From positions 6,656,001 through 6,720,000 of the forward strand of contig OZ242214.1 of NCBI GenBank assembly GCA_965206595.1: 64,000 bases of DNA, read 5' to 3'. The DNA comes from Candidatus Latescibacterota bacterium. Its GTDB lineage: Bacteria > Latescibacterota > UBA2968 > UBA8231. Positions 57,346 to 64,000 of the stretch are shown here, in pieces (positions within the stretch are counted from its first letter, which is position 1; each line of letters opens with the position of its first letter). Both the position numbers and the translations under genes were made by a program. The notes below the pieces were generated by a model, which did no database searches, was not told where the DNA came from, and worked only from the letters and a program-made list of their open reading frames with translations.

Positions 57346-57499
57346 TTGATTCTCTCGTAACAACCATACGTCGCTCAGAACACCGGTTTTTTATACAACA
57401 TATAGTGTATGCTTTGTCTTGGTTGGCCAATATATAGTGGCGCTCAAATGTGCTGAATCGCTGAACACCCTCAAAATGGGGTTTATACGAAGAAGTCAA
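57346..57499. mobile_element. MITE copy 2 (154 bp)
   Basis: Diverged tandem copy of MITE 1, separated from it by 2 bp (TG). Confidence 0.8.
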
Positions 57500-57501
57500 T
57501 G

Positions 57502-57702
57502 TTGGTATTCGATGTCGACGATCCTCAGGGAGATGGTGGACCTGATGGAATTTATACTATCCCGCCTGTGGACCCCGACCCCGAGTCCAGCCAGGGGCCG
57601 GATTTTTTCGGGGACGGACTGCTTGTGCCCGTTGGTGGAACGGAGGACAGCGCCGTGGAGTCCGTCTCGTGGGGGCGCATCAAGGCCTCACTCCAGCCCT
57701 AG
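57502..57702 (+). pseudogene. 3' remnant of a third WGRIK-tail gene, truncated at the MITE array
   Basis: LVFDVDD...DFFGDGLLVPVGGTEDSAVESVSWGRIKASLQP*. Confidence 0.7.
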
Positions 57703-58397
57703 ACCGCCAGGTACTCCCTCAACCGGGAGTCGTCTTCCTTCAGCTCCTCCGCGGTCGCCGAAAAACGGATCGCGCCCCGCTCCATCACGTGCACCCGGTC
57801 GCTCAGGGCGAGCGCGAACTGCGGGTTCTGCTCGGCCAGCAGGATGGAAAGTCCGGTCTCCCTCAGGGCGGCGAGCTGCTCCTGCATCGACCTGACGACC
57901 AGCGGCGCCAACCCCTCCGACGGCTCGTCGAGCAGCAGCAGCTTCGGGCTCCCGACGAGGCTGCGGGCGATCGCCAGCAACTGCTGCTGCCCGCCGCTGA
58001 GCACTCCGCCGAGCCTTTTTGCGAGCGGGCCCAAATCCGGGAAGAGGTCGTACACGAAACGCTCGTCCCGCTGCCTTTTCCCGGGCCGTCTCGCGATCTG
58101 CAGGTTCTCCTCCACGCTCAGTCCCGGGAATATCCGCCGCTCCTCCGGCACGTAGCCGATCCCCAGGCGGGCGATCTTGTGAGTCGGGGCCGCGGTGACG
58201 TTCCTGCCGTTCCACTCGACCCGCCCGCGCCGCGCCGGGGTCAGGCCCATGATGCTGCGCAGGGTCGTGGTCTTGCCGGCGCCATTGCGCCCCATCAGGG
58301 CCACCACTTCCCCTTCGCCGACTTCGAAGCTCACCCCCGACAGAACGCGGCTGAGGCCGTAGGAGACATGCAGGTCGGTTACCTGGAGCCGGGTCAC
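57699..58397 (-). CDS. livF: Branched-chain amino acid ABC transporter ATPase
   Basis: GRNGAGKT, YVPEERRIF, LSGGQQQ, LLLDEPSEGLAP, AEQN. Confidence 0.92.
   Translation of the reverse strand: MTRLQVTDLHVSYGLSRVLSGVSFEVGEGEVVALMGRNGAGKTTTLRSIMGLTPARRGRVEWNGRNVTAAPTHKIARLGIGYVPEERRIFPGLSVEENLQIARRPGKRQRDERFVYDLFPDLGPLAKRLGGVLSGGQQQLLAIARSLVGSPKLLLLDEPSEGLAPLVVRSMQEQLAALRETGLSILLAEQNPQFALALSDRVHVMERGAIRFSATAEELKEDDSRLREYLAV
57700..57727. repeat. Direct repeat copy 2 (3' end of livF)
   Basis: TAGACCGCCAGGTACTCCCTCAACCGGG. Confidence 0.85.
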
Positions 58398-59128
58398 TCT
58401 TCTTCTCCCAGGTACACCTGCCTGACCTTCGGATTGCCCCGGATCTCCCGCGGCGTGCCCGAGGCGATCAGCTCGCCGTGGTGCAGCACCGATATGCGGT
58501 CGGCGATGCCGAACACCACCTCCATGTCGTGCTCGGTGAACAGCAGGCTGAGCCCGCGCGCCTCCTGGATGCGCTTGATCAGCCCGGTAGTCCGCCTCGT
58601 CTCCTCCGCGGACATGCCGGCCGTCGGCTCGTCGAGAAGCAGCAGGTGCGGTTCCAGGGCGAGGGCGAGGGCCAGCTCGAGCTGCTTCTGCTGTCCGTAG
58701 GCAAGCTCCCCGGCGACGCGGCCGCTTTCGCCTCCCAGGCCCACGACCGACAGCAACTCCTCGGCGAGGGCTCCAGCCTTTCTCCTGGTCCCGAACAGGC
58801 GCAGCTGCCGGCGCTGCTGCGCGATCACCGCGGCCTCGACGTTGGCGGCGACCGTCAGCCGCGGAAAGATGTTGATGCGCTGAAACGAACGCGCGACGCC
58901 GAGGCGCACGATCTCGTGGGGCGGCAACCCGGTGAGCGGCTGCCCGTAGAAGCTCACCCTCCCACCGTCCGGTTTCAGGTGGCCGGTGACGAGGTTGAAC
59001 AGCGTCGTCTTGCCGGCTCCGTTCGGTCCGATGACGGCGTGGGTTTCCCGCGGCGCGACCGTCAGGCTGACCTCCCCGACCGCGGCGAAGCCGTCGAAGC
59101 TCTTGTGGAGATTCTCGATCTCGAGCAC
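58394..59128 (-). CDS. livG: Branched-chain amino acid ABC transporter ATPase
   Basis: GPNGAGKT, RSFQ, LAYGQQK, LLLDEPTAGM, EHDM, VYLG. Confidence 0.92.
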   Translation of the reverse strand: MLEIENLHKSFDGFAAVGEVSLTVAPRETHAVIGPNGAGKTTLFNLVTGHLKPDGGRVSFYGQPLTGLPPHEIVRLGVARSFQRINIFPRLTVAANVEAAVIAQQRRQLRLFGTRRKAGALAEELLSVVGLGGESGRVAGELAYGQQKQLELALALALEPHLLLLDEPTAGMSAEETRRTTGLIKRIQEARGLSLLFTEHDMEVVFGIADRISVLHHGELIASGTPREIRGNPKVRQVYLGEEE

Positions 59129-59132
59129 CGCT

Positions 59133-60050
59133 TCAGTCTCCTCCGCGGCGGCGCCGGCGGCGCGCCAGCCCGGCGAGCCCCTCGGGGGCGGCGAGCACGA
59201 CCGCGAGCAGAATGACCCCGAGAACCGCGGGCCAGTACTCGGTGACCTGGTTGGCGAACTGCTCGAGCAGGTAGAGGACCGCGGCCCCGAGGGCCGGCCC
59301 GAAGAAGGAGTACATGCCGCCCAGCAGCACCATGATCAGTACCTGCGCCGACTCCGGCCAGAACGCCGATTCGACGTACATGCCGCGGTTGTACATCGCG
59401 AACAGAGCCCCGGCCAGACCGGCGAAGGTCCCGGCAACTACGAAGGCCGCCCATCTCATCAGGCGGGTGTCGACCCCGAGGAACTCGGCGCGGCCGCGGT
59501 TCTCGCGGATCGCGGTCAGCACGCGGCCGAACGGAGAGCGGCAGATCCCCCACAGGGCGGCGACCGACCCCCAGACCAGGAGCTGGCAGAAGTAGTAGAA
59601 AAACGTTCGCGAGGTCAGCGCCTGGGGCAGGGTGACGCCGACGAAGCCGTCGTCCCCCCCGGTCAGGGAGCGCCACTTGAAGGCGACCGACCAGACCAGC
59701 ATGGCGAAGGCCAGGGTCAGCATGGCGAAGTAGATGTCGGTGAGCCGCACGCAGAAGAACCCGACGGCCGCGGCGCAGAGGGCGCAGAAGAGGATCGCGG
59801 CAGGCAGGCTGGCATAGAGGGGCCAGTCGCAGGTGGTCAGCAGGATGGCGCAGCTGTACCCGCCGAGGGCGAAGTAGGCGGCGTGGCCGAACGAGACGTT
59901 GCCGGCGTACCCCACGAGCACGTTCAGGCTGGTGGCGAAGAGGATGTATATGGCGATTTCCGTCGTCAGGTCTACGAGGTAGTCCGACCCGGTCAGGGGG
60001 ACGCAGGCGAGCGCCAGCGCCGCGGCGGCGAGGAGGAGGGCGCGCCTCAT
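59133..60050 (-). CDS. livM: Branched-chain amino acid ABC permease
   Basis: Start MRRALLL (ATGA overlap with livH). VSFGHAAYF, YFAMLTLAF, TGGDDG, SPFGRVLTAIREN. Confidence 0.9.
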   Translation of the reverse strand: MRRALLLAAAALALACVPLTGSDYLVDLTTEIAIYILFATSLNVLVGYAGNVSFGHAAYFALGGYSCAILLTTCDWPLYASLPAAILFCALCAAAVGFFCVRLTDIYFAMLTLAFAMLVWSVAFKWRSLTGGDDGFVGVTLPQALTSRTFFYYFCQLLVWGSVAALWGICRSPFGRVLTAIRENRGRAEFLGVDTRLMRWAAFVVAGTFAGLAGALFAMYNRGMYVESAFWPESAQVLIMVLLGGMYSFFGPALGAAVLYLLEQFANQVTEYWPAVLGVILLAVVLAAPEGLAGLARRRRRRGGD

Positions 60051-60940
60051 CCGCCTTCCTCCGGTCTGCCGAAGATCCCGTGCGGCCGCCACAGCAGGAT
60101 TCCCAGCATCAGCACGTACGGAAGCATCAGCTCGACCTCGGGGGCGACCACGGTCCCGAAGGCGATGACGAACCCGAGGACGAGGGCGCCGATGAAGCTG
60201 CCGCGAAGCGAGCCCAGCCCGCCGATGATGACGATGATGAAGCACTCGACGATCAGGGTCGCTTCCATGCCCGGGGCGACGGCGATTCGGGGGGCGGCGA
60301 GGGCGCCGCCGATCCCGGCCAGCGCCGAGCCCGCGGCGAACACCAGGGTGTACACGAGGGGCACGTTGACGCCGAGGGCGGACAGCATCTCGCGGTCGTG
60401 GGCTGCCGCCTTGATCAGCCGGCCCCAGGGGCTGCGCTCGACCAGCAGCCACAGCATCCCGGCAACCGCCGGCCCCGCGGCGCACAGGAAGAGCAGGTAC
60501 GACGGGTAGCGGGTGATGCCGAGGTCGACGGCTCCGTCCAGTCCGGGGGGATACGAGACGCTGTGCTGACCGGTGCCCCAGATCATCTTGACGGCGTCGC
60601 CGGCGAGCAGCACCAAGGCGAAGGTGAACAGCAGCTGCATCAGCGGCTCGTGCCCGTAGAGATGGCGCAGCAGCAGGCGTTCGACGGCAACCGCCAGCAG
60701 CGCCAGCACCGCGGCCGCGGCGGCGACGCCGATCCAGAAGGCGCCCGGAGTCGAGGTTGCCTGCGCCACCACGGCGTAGCAGACGTAGGCCCCGACCATG
60801 AAGAAGGCGCCGTGGGCGAAGTTGACGATCCGCAGCACGCCGAAGATCAGCGACAGTCCCGAGGCGATGATGAACAGGTTCATCCCCAGGGACAGGGAGT
60901 TGAGAAGCTGGATCAGCAGGAAGGCGGGGTTGGTGAGCAT
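60047..60940 (-). CDS. livH: Branched-chain amino acid ABC permease
   Basis: GLSLIFGVLRIVNFAHGAF, IIGGLGS, RPHGIFG. Confidence 0.92.
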   Translation of the reverse strand: MLTNPAFLLIQLLNSLSLGMNLFIIASGLSLIFGVLRIVNFAHGAFFMVGAYVCYAVVAQATSTPGAFWIGVAAAAAVLALLAVAVERLLLRHLYGHEPLMQLLFTFALVLLAGDAVKMIWGTGQHSVSYPPGLDGAVDLGITRYPSYLLFLCAAGPAVAGMLWLLVERSPWGRLIKAAAHDREMLSALGVNVPLVYTLVFAAGSALAGIGGALAAPRIAVAPGMEATLIVECFIIVIIGGLGSLRGSFIGALVLGFVIAFGTVVAPEVELMLPYVLMLGILLWRPHGIFGRPEEGG

Positions 60941-60956
60941 CCCGGCAGCCGTGAGC

Positions 60957-62141
60957 TCAGTCGCCGGGGATGTAGGTGACCGGGTCCATCATCCGGAAAC
61001 CGTGCTTCGATTGCTTCATGGGGCCCCAGAACTGCCCGGTGTCGGCCTGGTGGGTCTCCGGGTCGATCCGGCGGGGCCCCACCGGCGTCTCTATGGCGAG
61101 CCCCTTGAAGGCCGCCGACAGCGCCTCCGGATCGGTCGAGCCGGCCTTCTCGATGGCCGCGGCAACGAACTGGACGCCGACGTACCCGAGGGTAGGCCAG
61201 CTCGGGGTGTGCGGGGTGCCGAAGCGCTCGGCGAGCTTCTGCTGGTAGGCCTCGTGCAGCGGCGAGTTGTGGTGGTACCACAGCTCGTAGGCGTTGCTCC
61301 AGACGTTGTCGGGATAGTCCCCCTTCAGCTCGGCGGCGATCTCCGGGGAGGCGATCTCGCCGCCCGACACGTACTTCACCTGCTCGAACAGTCCGAACGG
61401 CCTGCCCTGCTGGGCGATGTTTATGAAGGACGATCCCCACAGCCCGCTGGCGACGCAGTCGCATCCGGAACCAATCACCTGGGCGATGTAGGAATTGAAG
61501 TCGGTGGTCCCCAGCTTGATCTTGAGATCGAGGACGATCTCGGCCCCGGGGGCTTCTTGCGGCAGCGCCTTCATCACCCCCGCCCCCAGGTCGTGGCCGT
61601 AGGCGTAGTCGAACTGCAGGTGGCAGACCCGCCGGGCGCCCACCATGCCGAGGACGCGGGCGATGCCGCGCCCCTCGCTGTCGGTGTTGGCGGCGGTGCG
61701 AAAGACGTAGTCGTGTTTCCTTGTCGTGGAAAGCTGGATCGTCTTGGCGATCGTGGCGACGAAGATCACCTTCTCCCGGCGCGCCACCTCGGCGAGCGCC
61801 AGTCCGACCGCCGAGCTCAGGGACCCGAGGAGAATGGAGACCCCCTCCTTGGTTATCAGCTCCTTGGCCGCGGCCACCGCGGCTGCAGGCTTGAGCTTCG
61901 TGTCGCGAGCCTCGGTTTCGAGGCGGCGGCCGAGAACTCCCCCGGCGGCGTTTATCTCTTCCACGGCCATCTCGTGGCCGTCCAGCGCCGGCGAGCCGAA
62001 AACCGCGGCGCTTCCCGAGGTCGGGTAGAGCGCCCCGATGCGGATCGGTTCCGGTTCCTGTCCCCAGGCGGAGGTCGCCGCCCAGGCAAGGCAGAACAGC
62101 AGCATTTTCGATTGCGGGAAGTGCAAGGCGCGTCGTTTCAC
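60957..62141 (-). CDS. livK: Branched-chain amino acid-type ABC substrate-binding protein
   Basis: IRIG...SG..A, AVEEINAAGGVLGR, FRT, DYAYG. Start uncertain (GTG 62141, ATG 62105 or 62216). Confidence 0.85.
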   Translation of the reverse strand: MKRRALHFPQSKMLLFCLAWAATSAWGQEPEPIRIGALYPTSGSAAVFGSPALDGHEMAVEEINAAGGVLGRRLETEARDTKLKPAAAVAAAKELITKEGVSILLGSLSSAVGLALAEVARREKVIFVATIAKTIQLSTTRKHDYVFRTAANTDSEGRGIARVLGMVGARRVCHLQFDYAYGHDLGAGVMKALPQEAPGAEIVLDLKIKLGTTDFNSYIAQVIGSGCDCVASGLWGSSFINIAQQGRPFGLFEQVKYVSGGEIASPEIAAELKGDYPDNVWSNAYELWYHHNSPLHEAYQQKLAERFGTPHTPSWPTLGYVGVQFVAAAIEKAGSTDPEALSAAFKGLAIETPVGPRRIDPETHQADTGQFWGPMKQSKHGFRMMDPVTYIPGD

Positions 62142-62303
62142 GAGGGCGCCGAATATATCCCAGGCAGTGGCCGATCTCAAACGACCGCGGCCCCGCTTGT
62201 CGGCTGCTTTTCTCATCCCCTACCTTCCGTCCGACAAATGGGCTCCCTGGGACCGGCAGGTCGACCGTGAGCGGGAGCGGCACTCTCACCAGGAGAAAGC
62301 AGG

Positions 62304-62702
62304 ATGGACAAACGCGCCTTGATCGCCATGGTCGCCGTGTTCGTGGCCTTTACGATCCTCGACTTCATCATCCACAATCTCATCCTCATGGACGCCTACG
62401 CCTCGACTGCGGATCTCTGGCGTCCCCAGGAAGAGATGAAGCTCTCCCTGATTTATCTGGCGACAGGGATCTCCGCGGTCGTCTTCGTTTACGTGTACAC
62501 CCGCTTCTTCGGTGAAAAAAACCTCGGGAACGGGCTCAGGTACGGGTTCTTCATCGGCCTGGCATGGGGAGTCGGAATGGGCTATGGCACCTACGCCGTC
62601 ATGCCCCTGCCCTACGCGCTGGCCCTGGGCTGGTTTCTCGGAACCCTGGTCGAATTCATCGTCGCCGGCCTCCTGGTCGGCCTGATCGTCAAGGACGAGT
62701 AG
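62304..62702 (+). CDS. Small four-TM membrane protein (DUF1761-like)
   Basis: AGGAG RBS upstream, hydrophobic helices, GLRYGFFIG. Confidence 0.65.
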   Translation: MDKRALIAMVAVFVAFTILDFIIHNLILMDAYASTADLWRPQEEMKLSLIYLATGISAVVFVYVYTRFFGEKNLGNGLRYGFFIGLAWGVGMGYGTYAVMPLPYALALGWFLGTLVEFIVAGLLVGLIVKDE

Positions 62703-62915
62703 GCGGCCGGAGGACAGGGTGCCGAAGGACGGAGCCGCACGGGGTAGCTGGTGAATGAATTCCATCGCAATCGGGGGAGGAAGCACCGGTGCCCTGCGCG
62801 CAAGTCCGGGAAGGGATCGAAGCGAGGATACGCCGGGCAAGCAAGGCTCCTGAACGAGTCGTACGTAACGAGGCCGGCGGGGAAACGAACGCGGAATTGC
62901 GCACCTGGGCGCTGA

Positions 62916-63365
62916 GTGGAAACCCTGTCAATCGAAACTGAGCGGTACCTGCACGACAAGATTCCGCTCTCGAAGAGCATGCAGGTTTCCGTCGTTTCCA
63001 TCGACGAGACCGGTGTGCTCCTGGCGGCGCCGCTGGCCCCCAACGTCAATCACCGCGGCACCGTCTTCGGCGGCAGCGCCTCCGCCCTGGCGATAATCGC
63101 CGGCTGGACGCTCATCCACCTGCGGCTGCGCCGCCTCCCCTGTGAGACGGCGCTCGTCATCAGGCGCAACTCGGTGGAGTACTTCGCCCCCCTGCCGGCG
63201 GACTTCGAAGCTTTCGCCGCGGTCCCTGACCAGGACAGCTGGAGCGGCTTTCTCGCGGCCCTGGCGGAAGAAGGCAAGGGGCGCCTCGACCTGAGCGCAG
63301 ACATCCGCTGCAAAGGGGAGTCGGCCGGCCGCTTCACCGGGGAGTACGTCGCCCGGAAGGTTTGA
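62916..63365 (+). CDS. YiiD-like hotdog-fold thioesterase domain protein
   Basis: YLHDKIPLSKSM, APLAPNVNHRGTVFGGS. Confidence 0.85.
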   Translation: METLSIETERYLHDKIPLSKSMQVSVVSIDETGVLLAAPLAPNVNHRGTVFGGSASALAIIAGWTLIHLRLRRLPCETALVIRRNSVEYFAPLPADFEAFAAVPDQDSWSGFLAALAEEGKGRLDLSADIRCKGESAGRFTGEYVARKV

Positions 63366-63502
63366 CGCCCCTGCCCGTCGGCGGAGGCTCCCGTAGAGGA
63401 CGATCGCTCCCTCACCGGCCGCAGCATCGGTTCCGGACATTTCCATAACCGCTGTGTTTGCCCGAGGATGTGTGCGCTTAAGCCAGGGACAGGGCTGCAC
63501 GG

Positions 63503-63997
63503 TCAGCCACGGCGACAGTCCGCCCGGGCCCTTCTCCTGCGGACGTAGGGGGTCGGGATGCCGTGCTTGCGGCAAAGGCGGGCGAAGGATCGCGGGTGAA
63601 TGCCGAGTGCGGCGCTCGCCTCCTTGTTGGACTTGTACAGACGCGCGACTCTTTCGAGATCCTCGACACTGACTGGCTTCATCCTTTCGCTCCATCGGTG
63701 CGGTGATTCAGGACCTGAGGTTTCTGCGATGTCGGCGAACGCGGACTTCGCGGCCAATTTCGACTCCGGTGTCAGGTCGCCCCTGACCGCGGCTGCGAAC
63801 CGCTCCTCGTCTCCGGATGAGGCCCCGAGCTCGGCGATGATTGCCCCCACCTCGCGCAGCAGGAACTCGCGCGCCCTGGGGGCATTGCTTTCGAGATGGG
63901 CCTCGATTTCCCGTTCCACCCGGAGCCGGGACTCGGTTAGCATTCCTCCCCCGGCGAAGTGCAGCTTGCGGAAATCCCGCAACGCAGCCTTGTCCAT
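63503..63997 (-). CDS. Hypothetical protein with C-terminal Fis-like HTH
   Basis: SNKEASAALGIHPRSFARLCRKHGI. Possible internal start MKPVSV at 63682. The true start may lie beyond the window edge. Confidence 0.55.
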   Translation of the reverse strand: MDKAALRDFRKLHFAGGGMLTESRLRVEREIEAHLESNAPRAREFLLREVGAIIAELGASSGDEERFAAAVRGDLTPESKLAAKSAFADIAETSGPESPHRWSERMKPVSVEDLERVARLYKSNKEASAALGIHPRSFARLCRKHGIPTPYVRRRRARADCRRG

Positions 63998-64000
63998 CTC

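Noticed and set aside
57218-57499. 93-aa repeat ORF across the MITEs
   Set aside because: Chance open frame through non-coding repeats, with atypical composition.
57165-57510. Possible CRISPR array
   Set aside because: The intervening sequences are near-identical ~110-bp segments rather than unique spacers, the repeats are IS terminal IRs, and no cas genes are present.

Overview
GC-rich bacterial genomic window with no rRNA, tRNA or CRISPR array recognised. The gene content suggests an FCB-superphylum organism, probably a Latescibacterota-like host-associated (sponge-type) symbiont. This is an inference from SprA, FlgD/T9SS-type sorting domains, sulfatase/sialidase/PhyH enzymes and eukaryotic-like YWTD/FN3/cadherin repeats. 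The left part holds pilM-like/comEA/sprA and lptFG, followed by an uncharacterised five-gene secreted/outer-membrane module: a CBM9/DOMON-like 'HEPPG...WGRIK' protein, two TPNGDG-CTD proteins and two paralogous ~930-aa putative barrels. The middle holds two GT-C+TPR glycosyltransferases, a parvulin foldase, a frameshifted DUF6785-like transporter and catabolic enzymes. A ~13.8-kb island (43.86-57.73 kb) is bounded by a 27/28-bp direct repeat. It carries an IS1182-like element, a ~3,377-aa eukaryotic-like repeat protein split at a poly-C tract under a sigma54/IHF/UAS-like promoter, an inverted IS remnant, and two tandem 155-bp MITEs that each carry a pair of NrdR-box-like operators 32 bp apart. 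The right end is a liv ABC transporter operon plus small genes. Several single-base homopolymer frameshifts may be sequencing errors. All family assignments are from motif recognition by eye, not from searches.
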